Notes: generated from the letters alone by a model not told the origin. 64,000 bases of DNA from Anthoceros angustus (GCA_010909165.1 MU008158.1:1637478-1701477); one strand, 5' to 3'. Shown: positions 12,301-24,083, counted from the first letter of the stretch. Program-made: numbers and translations.

Positions 12301-13861
12301 TCTGCAATTCGTCCACGAATCCGTTAGAAGGAAGTCGTGATAGGCAGATGGCCAACACCCAGCATTGTACCCACCTCTACTCTGTACATGGGGGAAATAA
12401 TTCCACTTCCGTTGCAAAATAAACTCTTCCACGGTTCCTCCAATTTTCTCCACATCTTCATAAACCAAGGCGGTGACTTTGTCGGGCAGAATTCGTGTAT
12501 TCCCGTAGGACCAAAACAGGAAAACGTCGGTATCGGGAAAAAACCTTTGCATGGCGACAGGGTGGCCTATCGTGTTGGGGTCCTGGATATACTGTTTGAA
12601 ATAAAAGAAGCCTGCTGGAAGGTGGTGTAGGCCCTGGATTCTAACCACCGTCGTGTAGTACTCCACTGTGCGCACCTTGGAGAAGCAGATGCTTTCCGCT
12701 TGCGTCCATTGCAATGGCCCGGCTGCTGCTGCTGCTGCTGCATCCACATCGTCCGGCGGGGAGGAAATCCCATCACTTCACTCTGTCTGAGACGGATTTC
12801 CAGAATTGCAACGCAAGCAGCAGCCAGCACTTACTTGCAGGCGAGGTGGAGGACCGGTATGCGGGATTGCTGCGGAACGGGAGAGCCCCGGTGACGATGA
12901 TCTTGTCGAACTCCAGCTCCAGCGGCGCGGAGTCCCCGGCGGGGTTTGCGACCTGGACGGTGACAGGGCCGGCGTCCGGTCGGCAGATGCGGGTCACCCT
13001 GGTGTCGCAGCGGACGTCGGAGAGCGAGGCGGCCAGCTTGCGCCACAAGGTGGTGTACCCGCCCTTCACCCGCGCGATCCTGCCGAGCAGCGAGGTGCGG
13101 TTGAATTCGTGCAGGTACGCGTAGGGGATGTCGTCCGTGTAGCCGTAGCCGGAGCTGGTGAAGGCGCAGGCCGTGGTGAGCGGCACCCCGTTCCTGTAGC
13201 CCCGGGATTTGAGAAACTGGTCCGCCGGCTCGCTGGCAAGCGAGCTGACCGCGTGCACGCCGCTCCTGCCGCTGGCCACGGCCGCCGCCTCCGCCTCCGC
13301 CTCCGCCTCCGCCTGCAATTTCACGGTGAGCGGCACCATCTGGACGAAATCCTTGAACACGGGCAGGTCCTGCCCGGCTCCCCCCGCGTCCACGTCCAAC
13401 ACCATGTGCTTGTGCCCGCCCAGATCCTCCATCTCCACGCCCAGCTCGGACGCCAGAGCCGCCATGGTCGGCGAGCGTTCCAGCGCCAGGACCTGGCCCC
13501 CGAGATCATACGTCCTCCCTGCACCGTCGCATGTGAAGGAAATGACATGAATGTGATCACGCGCGTGAATTGCGAGCAGTCGCCACTGGCCACTCGCCAC
13601 TCGCCTTCAAGAGCAAGCACGCAAGCAAAAGCAAGGTGCAAAGCAACCAACCTTGGATGGGGACGGACTCGCACATCCCGCCCACGGTATGGTGCTGCTC
13701 CAGCACGGTGACATGCTGGAAGCCCAGGCGCTCCAGGGCCCACGCGGCGGCCAGGCCGCTGGGGCCGCCGCCCACCACAGCGATTCGGGCATGGGTGGCG
13801 AGGCCGGGGTGGAGGCCTCGGAGGAGGTCGGTGGCTGGCGGGGCGCCAGCCTCTCCATCAT
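3382..13861 (-). CDS. Multidomain NRPS-like enzyme, ~2,700 aa when reconstructed: FAD PUFA-isomerase-like + fatty acyl-AMP ligase + 2 carrier proteins + 3 TM/left-handed beta-helix repeats with an inserted catalase-like (AOS-like) heme domain; disrupted as assembled
   Basis: Motifs: VVGGGPSG and WNYFPHV..QGQNNTYYVGG (FAD domain); FLQFTSGSTGDSKG, WLPQYHDMGLIG, YGLAE, RTGDLG, GRIKDLII, KTTSGKIRR (FAAL); NIDSV and GIDSV (carriers); LLGAQIG, SLGARIG, LLGANIG (repeats); RYFH, RHSN, RSLAY (catalase-like). Approximate exons: 13861-13652, 13518-~12835, ~12776-12376, 12301-12133, 11990-11604, 11501-10425, 10340-7941, 7826-6844 joined to 5336-~3760, displaced 5885-5795, then 3670-3382. The start at 13861 needs a +1 correction at 13840-13843. 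Confidence 0.85.
4300..5250 (-). other. Domain: catalase-related heme domain (allene oxide synthase / hydroperoxide lyase-like)
   Basis: ARYFHRLG (distal His, 5231-5233), IIIRHSNSLSGDDDARSDGRGASVRL, YYVKFR, RFNP, HGRSLAY (RxxxY proximal Tyr, 4343-4345). Confidence 0.85.
5337..6843. other. Mosaic insertion of nine same-orientation fragments copied from within the NRPS-like gene
   Basis: Fragments match 4065-4241, 3916-3947, 3416-3449, 7006-7196, 3596-3670 (extended by unique sequence 5795-5885), 7230-7883, 6885-7012, 7980-8028 and 5170-5336. The joins that can be checked overlap by 8-10 nt. Confidence 0.9.
8814..9396 (-). other. Domains: two tandem phosphopantetheine carrier (ACP/PCP) domains (~9396-9163 and ~9040-8814)
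   Basis: FTSYNIDSVAIVWAASKLSDFLGLHIAAIDIY and LTSFGIDSVGVVWAAQKLSEFLGIHIAAIDVY; Ser codons at 9282-9284 and 8934-8936. Confidence 0.85.
9580..11900 (-). other. Domain: fatty acyl-AMP ligase (FAAL)-type adenylation domain
   Basis: LLLHPPGLDFVEAFFGCLRA, TSGSTGDSKG, SWLPQYHDMGLIG, GPNFAFE, GRNIYPSDIE, KTTSGKIRR. Confidence 0.9.
12133..13861 (-). other. Domain: FAD-dependent polyunsaturated fatty acid isomerase-like (PAI / amine-oxidase fold)
   Basis: Rossmann GxGxxG, GG motif (TVGGMCES), YDLGG, GYGYTDDIPYAY, and the spliced C-terminal segment WNYFPHVQSRDMKAGFYDDMSKLQGQNNTYYVGGLLAFE. Confidence 0.75.
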
Positions 13862-14549
13862 CGGCCCCGGCCCCGGGGAATAGATAGTATGTGGCTGGTG
13901 CTGGGGACGGGGGACCAGGACCTGCACCCGCACCCGCACCCGCACCCGCACCTGCTCCCGCTCTAGACGGGACTTGGCTTTCCCGCTCGCAGGCCCATCG
14001 GCCGGCCGCGATGAGGAGCTTTGTACTCCGTCCCTCGGACGCCGCTTCGGTCTTGTCAACGTCTACAGCAGACGGCCGGACATTCCCGCGGAGGTTGCGT
14101 AGGCATCTTGAGGCTACTTAGGCATGTCCGACGCGCACCCCAGTCGCACGGCTGTATGCGCTATGCACTATGCACTATGCACTGTCGGGGCATGGCATCC
14201 TCCTTCTTCCAAATTCCTCGCCAGTGCCAACATGAAGTTTTTTCGCCCGCAGCCCTGGACTCCCGGGCCGCCCGCTCCAGCCTGTATTAATACATGGCTA
14301 GGGGAATGTTGCTCACGCGTTGTCGGCGTCATTTGTCATCATCGTGCCCGCCTTTGGCCCACTGCCGGCACTGTCACGGCCCGGAGCGCGACCGGAAACA
14401 CCGACGCCAACGGAGACATCCACGCCAACACTAGCAAGGCACCGCATCAAGTATGGATGCCTGCCCTCTGCCATTTTGTCGGCCTCGTTTGTCACTATCG
14501 TGCCTTGCCCACACTTCGAAACTCCCGATTAGTAATAAAGGAGCATTAA

Positions 14550-14621
14550 GGCATCTGCCAGGAGTCGAACCCGTATCTGCTGCTTGAAAGGCATTTACCC
14601 TAGCCGTCGGACTACAACAAC
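14550..14621 (-). pseudogene. Degenerate tRNA-Gly(TCC) copy; anticodon now reads TTC
   Basis: Minus strand TGTAGTCCGACGGCTAGGGTAAATGCCTTTCAAGCAGCAGATACGGGTTCGACTCCTGGCAGATGC follows the plant cytosolic tRNA-Gly(TCC) pattern. The T-loop GTTCGAC is intact, but the acceptor and anticodon stems are mispaired. Confidence 0.75.
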
Positions 14622-16178
14622 AACAACAACTACAGATACTACCCCACCCGCCGTATAAGATAGTTACACATACCATATTCAAAGGCCTTAAAGTACAAAC
14701 GATTTGAATTTTCAGACGCCAAGCCCTGGTAACTCACTTACTACCACCCCGTCGTACCTCTGGTAAAAGCAACAACGGCGAACCTCGTAACCGACAACCG
14801 CAAGTGGGCATTGAAGGATTCATGTCCGGGAGCTACGGCATGGAAGACAACTTCGGTAACCCTGACAAAAAACACCAGGCAACCTTGTTTCACGATGGAC
14901 GTAGCCTTTTGGCTTCCATTGCTGAGCATACCTACCCCGCCCATGGTTCCCAGCTGGCCTGGCCGGCTTTCAAACAAATCCAAAGCCTGGATAGGCTTTG
15001 CGGACAGTGCCAGGATGGGCACTAGGATTTGACACAAAACAACCTACAACAATGCTATCTCACGCTGCAAAGAAAGCAAAAATCTGCAGCAATGGGTGTG
15101 ACCCCCACAGACACACAAATTGTTAACCTCTTCAACTGTGAACATCTGCCAAAAAAATCGAGCCTGTCAACTTCAACCCAGAATCTTATCAGTCAAGGCC
15201 CGACCTGCCCGGTATCACAAAGCTTGAATCAAGATTCTAGACTCTGGAAAACACCACTTGTCCTGTCCAGTCCTCATCCACCTTACTCACTAGGCTAGCC
15301 ACCACTGAAATTGCTCAAAACAGACCAAACTCTTTTTTATGAGTAAAGCACGTCATGAAATGGCCTCCACAAGCCATCACATAGAAAGCAACAACGTAAG
15401 CAGAAGCAGCAGCAGCAGCAGCAGCGGTGTTCTGGCCAGGGGCTACGAGAATTTGAACCACTACAAACATCATGAATACCTCATGTCATTGTCGAAGAAA
15501 AGGCTGCTGCCAGCACAGGTGTGGATCGGGCTGCACTATTACCAAACTGTCCTCAATCATTGGAATTTACTTGTTTGCCAAGCAAACGAGCAAAAGGGCA
15601 GTACCTAGTAACACAACCTAAGTAGATGAGCAACATAGAAACAGCAACATTTTGCACAGATGCCGGGGCAACAGTCCCCCCAATAATTCCGGACGTATCC
15701 CCAAGCAGATGATGTGCATGGAACACCAACTCGAACATAGTCCAGGCAGGTCATGCTGCAACACAAGCTGCTTGCCATGCGTATGCGAAGATGCCGGCAA
15801 AAAACATACGCATCCTTGGCCAAGTAAAATCAGGTCTTCAAACAAGCCCCTGCAGAAATTATGCTTGACCGATAATCTCTCCATGCTTGGTGCCAAAAGC
15901 ACCTCCCGCCAGACCCTCCCCATGTACATCTCATGATACAATGAAAATCAGCCAATACCACTGATGGTCACGATGATGATGCGCACAATCTTATGACCAA
16001 GTTGCTACTCAAATACAAGAACAGATATCATAGCCATGATGCTGCAGTCTCATGCATCAACAGGATCCGATGATTCCAACCTTCCATGCTTCAAGTGAGC
16101 TTTAAAGAATGAGATACATCACTTTAGAGGAACTGCCGCTGAATGCTTCATGACCCCAACATGACGACATCCCGTCGC

Positions 16179-18456
16179 CTATACAGCTTGTTGATCTGTT
16201 CCACCTGAAGTAGTGCTTGTCTGTGCAGATGCTGACAGATCTGAATTGCCATTCAATTCATGACAGACGGTCACACCTGGAGCACCATTATCAACCACTT
16301 GTTGTGAAACTGGTCCCATTCCATCTCGTTTTCGCCCATATGGGTTTTTTGAATATGTGGGAAAAGTAAAGTCAAGGGGAAACTGAGAGATATAAAACGG
16401 ACAAAAACTGCTCTCTCTGCCAGCAGAATCAAACGAGAGACACAAACCACATCACAATACCATGCGTCAAAAGGATATTGTATTCTCATACCGCCTCGAT
16501 CTGAAGTCGACAAAACAGCTCCTTGAAGGTTGGCGTGAACGGCAGTCGCTGTGTTCACATCCTGGATTGAAAAAAACAGACCCATATCCAAACAAAGTTT
16601 TCCTCAGGAGGTTTCAGGCTCTTCACACCGAGTTGCAAAACGTTTACAAGGAAGCAGGGTGGTAGGGCAGTATGCAACAAAAATGTACTCACCACAAATT
16701 CAATGAAGCAAACTGTGCTTTTGCCCTGCCGCAGAACCTTCATTTGCCGAAAACCGGGCTGACTGCAATGGTTGCATGCAACTATTTAGTGTCATTGCCG
16801 AGGCATGACAACCCTTGTCAACTACGTCCATCTAGCAGACAAGCGAGCTCCAAAGGCACCCACTGCAAAGCACTTTGCAGTTGTGTCTGCCTGGAAGAAG
16901 AAACTAAAGGCCACATGGGGGTAAGAATCATACTTGCTAAACAACCCACGCAACTCTTGCTCACTAGTCGTCTCACCGAGATTCCCGATAAACAGGGTGT
17001 TACACGGAGGATTATCTTTATTGTTCTGCACGTTATCAAACCAGAAAAAAGAGTCACAAACCCCACACACAAAGAGAAGAAGCCTCAAATCTCCCTTGCA
17101 TTGAAAAGACCTCCATAGACAAAGAAAGGTTGATCACCTGAACAAACGCATAACCAGCTGGTGCTATGGGTGGCACTTGTGCAACTGGATAGGCACCATA
17201 AGGGTCATATTGACTTCCAGGCGGGATGTAGCTGCATGTCAACACACAGCCATCGCACCCATCAGAGACTCAGCACCGATTTCTACACCATTCAGGAACC
17301 AGTACAGTCCAAGACAGTGCCATGCCACAAGCAAATCCTATCCAATCCGGCAGCGAGAAAGCCGACCTTTGAGGGCCCCAAGAAGGTGCAGCAGCTGGAG
17401 GATAAGATTGAGGGGCTGCATAAGGTGGAGGAGTATAATCGCCTGCAGTTCGCATTCTCTTGCTGGGATCATAACCCCCAGACTCCGCTGTCCCACTGGC
17501 CAGACCTGAGACCACAACAGGGGATTCAGAAGAGCAGCTCGAAGGAAGAGAAAGTGTGCAAAGTCTAGGAAACAGATGCTTGGCATGCTCTGTGATGATC
17601 TGCTCCTTGGCATTTTAAGTCATACCTCTCTTCACATACAGATTTTTCTTGGCCATTTCCGCACGAAGAACTGAATTTGTCTCCGCATCAAATACCAAGT
17701 TCTGAATGCAACATCCATGCCTCAAAACTACGTTCTTACAACCTGGGAAGAGTAAAAACTCCCTACTCAGTCTCAACAGGAAGGCCCGACGGGAGAAGAC
17801 AACTGACCTGGAGGGCATCCCGGGCAGCCATGGCCATGGATGATGTGGAGAAGAGTGCAAACCCCATGGGTTGATCCGCCTTGAAATTCATTTGCGAAGC
17901 CTCGTAGCCGGGCCACCATCTCAACAGATTCTGCAACTCCCGCTCTTTCACGTCTGGGGGAAACCCTAGGACAAAAATGGTTCGCACCTGCAGGGGAGAT
18001 GGCGCAAGCCAGGACAAGCGCGTTAGACGAGGCCAGAAATCCGCGATCCTTCCCAACCAATCCCGGTGCCCGTGACAATGACAGCAGCGGCGGCGGCAGG
18101 GCCCGGCGGACCCGGCCACGGCGAGCCTGAGCCCCCGGGCTCCGCAACCTGACATTGCAGCGTGCCTACACTGGGGTGAAGAGGCAAGGCGCATTCACCC
18201 GGCCCCCGGAGCTGGCAATTGCAAGCACGCAGGCAAGGGGGAGCTGAGGGGGACGGGTGACACAGCCTGGGCAGGACAGGCGCAGCTCTCCGGCAGCGGC
18301 AGCGGCAGCGGCGGCAGTGACAGCAGCAGCATCCCAGAGCGACGCATGATTCCGACAATGCAAGGAGCAACATGTTACCTCATCGTGGGGGGTGGTGTCG
18401 ACCTGAGGAACGGCTGCACCCCACTGCTGGTATTGGCCGGGAGGCTGGCCGGCCAT
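16179..18456 (-). CDS. Two-RRM RNA-binding protein (RBPMS/Scw1/Whi3-like plant family, At3g21215-like), multi-exon
   Basis: Exon translations VRTIFVLGFPPDVKERELQNLLRWWPGYEASQMNFK, VLRAEMAKKNLYVKRG, KDNPPCNTLFIGNLGE, MKVLRQGKSTVCFIEF, GMRIQ/YSKNPYGRKR, with GT-AG boundaries. The 3' end is less certain. Confidence 0.85.
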
Positions 18457-19677
18457 CCTCTGCCGCCCGCCCTCCCCCTCGTCCTCTCGCCACCTCCCTA
18501 TTGCGCCGGCTGGGGCGTCGCGGGAGCGCGGAATCCGCCCGAATCCTGAGCCCCGGCAGCGGGCAGGCGCAGCCGAACCGGAGCCGGAGCCGGCCCGGGA
18601 GCGGGGGCGGGGATGGAGCAGGAAGCCGAATCAGCAGGTGGCGCGGGAGCGGGCCGATCGGTCCATGCGCAATTCGGAGGCGAGCTCGGCGATGGAAGAA
18701 GCCCTAGCGGGAGGCGGGGGCTTGGCAATGCGGTCGCGGCGTGAGGCAATCCATGGGCGGGCGCGAGGCCGGCGTGAGCGAGGCGGAAGATGGCGTGTCG
18801 CTGCTGAGCCTGCTTGCTGCTGCTGCTGCTGCATCCATGTGCGAGGCGGAGGCGGAGGCCGAGGCAGAGGTGGAGGCGCTGCGCCCACTCCCGCTTGGTT
18901 CCCCTGCCGCACGCCTGTCCCCGTTGAGCGCTCCAGGCCGCATCCACGGCTCAGCTGCGATCCCCGGATGGATGGACGGTGGATGCGGGGCCCAAAATGA
19001 CGGGCTGCTCTGCTCTCTGCCCCCTCGCCCCCCACGCACCTCACCGTGGCGCTTCACGGGAAGCGTTGGGAACGTTTCGCGGAACGGACGTCCGCTCATG
19101 AGCCTCCCCGGAAGAAACTGTCACTTCTCCCAACCAGCGCCACCCTCCGTGTAACGCCTGCCAGGCTCCACTGCTTTTATCGTCCCACGTGTCACCCACT
19201 CCCCTCACCCCACACGCCCGACCGTTACTTTATATTTTTCTCTCCCACACATCCATGGACAATATCCAAATGCAAAATACATATGTGCCCTCCTTCTACC
19301 TACATAACTGCATACGTATGTACAAACTCGTCCCGCCTTGCTGCTGCGACATCAGCTACTACTACCCATACAAACTGGCGCTTTGTCGCTCATCCAACTC
19401 CTCTTCACGTTATGACTTCTTTCCTGTTGATATAAAAATATGATATTTTATCTATTTAATTAATTTTTGGTGAGTACCTCTGGCATGAGCCCTCTATGTA
19501 GTGGGTTGTTCCCAATTGCCTGGGTATAGATGGGACTTCCCATCTTTGCATGGGGCTAATAAGATGTCTTATTGTATTCTTTTATTTTGTTAATGTTCAT
19601 CAGACTAGTTAACTACTCACGGTGATATGCAACTCCATCATCTGCACGTCCAATGTAAGCTTAGCAGACACGGTTAG

Positions 19678-19756
19678 CATTAGCAACTAGGTCAACGTTC
19701 ATGGAAGCTACCTTGCCATTAGCAACTAGGTCAACGTTCATGGAAGCTACCTTGCC
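19678..19756. repeat. 39-bp tandem duplication
   Basis: CATTAGCAACTAGGTCAACGTTCATGGAAGCTACCTTGC x2. Confidence 0.9.
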
Positions 19757-20673
19757 GTTCCTGCTTTTGCTGCCTAAAGCAGAAACAATGGAAGGCATGA
19801 GATTGTCTTGAGCACTAGTCAGTTATAAAAGAAGCACAACCATCACTTGCCTTCGATTACTAGTCTCCATGTTGAGAGACATGTAGTGCGTAAAAAGACC
19901 ATCTATCTATCATGAACCTTCTCTTAGGGTTTGTAACGTAGGATGCACAATTAACATGGCCAGTTTGGTGGTAAGAGTTGCAGCCTAGATTCTCCCACCT
20001 AGGATAGGGACACTCATTTTGACAATATTGTCTGGAGATACACAATAGTTGCATGTATTCGTAGTACGGATGGTTGGAGATAGTGTTTTCAATGCCGAGT
20101 GGCTACTAGTTCCAATGCCATTGAGAACTAGTAGCCACTCGGCATGAGAGCTTGTAAGTTTGCTTATAAGCATGTATACCTCCCCAAAGCTTTCACGTGA
20201 TCGATGTTTGCAACATCCAGCTTCTTCACTACGTCATGTAGGTAATAATCCAAATTACATAGAAAATCGACTAACAAGAATTACTCTTATGGTCAAGAAG
20301 TGCAAACCCATCTATTATTGCTTCACGTTTTTTGCCAAACCAAAGTACAACCCCCCGGAACCTCAATGAAAAGATCCTCAAATTTTATAACACTCATGCT
20401 CATAAAATTAAACCCTTAGCAAGATTAGCTTCGAATCAAACTCAATCAATACCTATCAACCATTACCTGGAAACTCAACTGGCCACGATATTCTACAGGA
20501 ATAGAAAGACAATTTTCAGAGTAGTAAAAAATAGCCGGAGCCAAAACCGCAAGCCCTTTCTCAATAGCCTCTGAATTCTCTTTTTCTTGTAAAGACTTCC
20601 AGTTTTCCTTTGTGTTTTTCCAAAGATAAAGTCTTATTCTAGTATAAAGTCACAAATGACAGCCAATCGCATA

Positions 20674-20832
20674 CGGGCACAAAGAGACATTATTAGGCTA
20701 CTCGATGCTAATAGGAGGAGCTCGGCGATGACATCAAATAAAAAGCTAGAGCGGGCACAAAGAGACATTATTAGGCTACTCGATGCTAATAGGAGGAGCT
20801 CGGCGATGACATCAAATAAAAAGCTAGAGCGG
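20674..20832. repeat. 78-bp tandem duplication
   Basis: CGGGCACAAAGAGAC...AAAAAGCTAGAG x2. Confidence 0.9.
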
Positions 20833-22329
20833 AATCAAAGTAGTGATTTTTTACAGCTCACAAATTCTTGTTGAACAAAGACTAAGCCAGATATGAGGAA
20901 AGCAAATATAACATTCGGAAGCGACTTGAGGACCAGACTGGTCGTTCAAGTAGTGATTAATAGCTATACCTCCATTATACATCGGTATTTGACATCTACT
21001 ACTTTTCAGAGTTTGAGCTTTCTAATAGCATCAATCGCATGTAGCTTGGCCTTACACATTGAAGAATTGTCATTTCTCTTCATCCTAAAGTATAGTAATC
21101 TCCATGTTTGTCACATGGGCACTTTTTTTTAGTGAGATTAGATTAGAAAATTGAAAGGGATACAAAAATATACAAGTATGGCTATCAAGGAAGCCAAAGA
21201 TCGTACTATAAAACACCCAAACATCACCTGCTACATAATATGGTATGAAATGAAAGATACAAATCCGAGGTCACGACTTCTAGTTACACTTCTTCGTTTT
21301 AGTAGCATAGTTTGTGTTATAAGAGTGCTAGATGATTGATTCAGTTTAAATCCCCATATTCTAATAATTCGTAGCATTGAACTCGAAATTATGAAAAATA
21401 TTTTGAAATTTTAACGGTTAATATTCATGATCGCAAATTGTAGTGGAAACAGAACGGTGAAGAGAGGTACGATACGCTTAAGTTCCTTCCCCTTTCTCGA
21501 GCTCATTGGAGCTCGTGACCATCCTTCTACAAAGGTCATTGTAGTTAAACGCGTGTTTTCCGTGCTGAACACCATTTTTGTTGATGACCAAGGCTACATC
21601 GTGATCGAACATGTGAAAGATATTGTGCTCTTTTTGATTCGGTGTGAATCATACATTCAAATGCTTGCAGAAAACGGGTTGCTCGCTTGACAAAGGCAAG
21701 TTGTCTTGATTCAAACTTGTGAAAGCCAAAACGCAGGTAGGCATGAACTTCCTTCTAGACCAAAATGGTAATGGATTGATGCACAGGCAAACGCCAAAGC
21801 TACATGCTACTTGTACGAGCAGACAACCATGGTCTAACGTGGATAAGTCATAATATGTATTGGTGCACAACAAGTGGTTGTAGGCCATACTCTTTATGCG
21901 GACGCAGGCATATCTATGCGCACACAAAACTTATCTAAGCCGGTGCCCTTTGGAGGGACAATAAGGGCATGATGTGCCAGTATGCTAGCACTCTCATTTT
22001 CATCTATCTTTTGCCAAGCAAGCTCAATTATCATCTGAAAGACTTTGTGAAGTACCAGGACCTAGGAACCAAAGGTCTCGGGTGTGAATCACACATTGTA
22101 TTTTTCAGAATTGATTGAATTAAAGTTTCATTTATGGCGCCGACATGCCTCCACCATACCTACAGGGCTGTTTCACCTAAACATGACCCAATGCGAATAA
22201 TAAGGCCAAAAAATACAAACGAACGGAAAATTGATCTTACTCAAAACTATGATTTAGTTACTATCAAGTTTTTTGTAAGCGACTTTGTATATTCACCTAC
22301 TTCAAATATTATTCTATTGTACATTTGTA

Positions 22330-22781
22330 GTCCACAAAGTCGGCCTCCCTAGTTGGTGCGAGAGCAGCTACTACCCATAGAAAAAGGTGCTTCGTCACAA
22401 CAATATTATGCTCTTGTACATACATTGTCCACAAAGTCGGCCCGCCTTGTTGGTGCGAGAGCAACTACTACCTATAGAAAGAGGTGCTTCGTCGCGACAA
22501 TATTATGGTGTTGTGCATGCATTGTCCACAAAGTCTGCCCGTCTTGCTGGTGCGAGAGCAACTACTACCTATAGAAAGAGGTGCTTCGTCGCGACAATAT
22601 TATGGTGTTGTGCATGCATTGTCCACAAAGTCTGCCCGTCTTGCTGGTGCGAGAGCAGCTACTACCTATAGAAAGAAGTGCTTTGTCACGACAATATTAT
22701 GGTGTTGTGCATACGTTGTCCACAAAGTCGGCCCGCCTTGCTAGTGCGATAGCAATTACTACCTATAGAAAGAAGTGCTTC
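22330..22781. repeat. 97-bp minisatellite, ~4.7 copies
   Basis: GTCCACAAAGTC recurs at 22330, 22427, 22524, 22621 and 22718; the units carry substitutions. Confidence 0.9.
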
Positions 22782-24083
22782 TGACGACATTTGTTTGTCA
22801 CAACCTATGTGTATCCCTATGATGTCCCATTAATTAGTCCTTACTGGATTATAATAAAAAAAAATTTCATCATCTCCTCCTTGGGTTGCTTTTCATTATC
22901 ATTATAAGTTCTTCAAATATCCTCCTACATGTTTATAATCTCAACTAAATCGTAAACTAAACCCCTCTAAGAGAGGTGGGGTTAGTATATGCATCAAATT
23001 CAAATGAAATTTGTAGATAGAAGTAGCATTCGCCGGTTTTTAAGGAAACATCAGATTCTCAAAGCCGGGATAGTAGAAGTGGCATCCACCAGTTCCTAAG
23101 TATAAGGATACATCACTTCCACAAAGCTAGGAAAATTGAAGTGGCATTCACCTGTTCCCAAGGACACATCAGTTTCCCCACCGGATCTTGACTGGTGGAT
23201 TCAACTATATCCTCATGACCGGTTTGTCCTTGCGTCGGTCATATAAAATGGTAAGGCCGCTGCATGGAAGATCCGGTGAAGACATGAGATACTTGACCGA
23301 GGGACCTTGTGCTGACCTTCCTCCGACGTCGAGGCCATCAGGAATATATATTTCTTTAAACGATTAGTTTTCTCAAATTAACTCAGTTTGCCCAGCAGGA
23401 AAGGCCCGGTCCCGTTAACCACCATCCGAAGGTACTACTGCTCCGATGTACAGGCCAGCACGTTCCAGCCTGCCGAGGCCGGCATGGAGGCTTGTAGTGG
23501 CAGGCAGAGCATAAAGGCTGGTTCACAGAAAAAGAGACTTCGCCTGGACTGCTGCTTCAAAAGATTTCACTCCAAACAGGCTGGTTAGTAAGTACGAAGT
23601 AGTGCCAAAAGTTCGACACACCCGCATTGTCTTGTAGGGAGGAGACTGGCTAAGCAGTGTTGGTTGTATCCACCACTAGCTGTTGCGGGCGCGCAGAAGG
23701 AATTTAAAGGGGCTGAGGCCGGGAGGCCACTGTTCAGCAGTTCAGCAATGCAACAGCTTCTCATTCACAGATAGCTCAAACTATACCTCTTTTAACTGAC
23801 CGACATCCATCCGCAGAAAGAAATGACTAATACTCTCTTCTCGGCCGTCCTGTGCCCACCCGGGTGGGCACAGGTCATCCATCCTCTCCTCCAGACGCTA
23901 GGCTGCCTAGCAACAATGCAAAATATGGCAAAGACATGGAGAGGATGGACATTTGTGTTCTCAAAAAGAACACGAGCTGCCATCCACTCGATAAATGGGG
24001 GGCTTAACCTCAACCCTGCACCCTACCTAAGCTACTGCTACCATGTTGCGGGATAAGGAGGGGTAGTCTTTTCAGATCTTCCT

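Noticed and set aside
14741-16000. Short ORFs downstream of the RRM gene
   Set aside because: No recognisable motif or consistent exon chain; may be 3' UTR.
22020-22100. Possible fourth tRNA relic (GGTCTCGGGTGTGAATC)
   Set aside because: Only a faint T-arm resemblance; no supporting stems.
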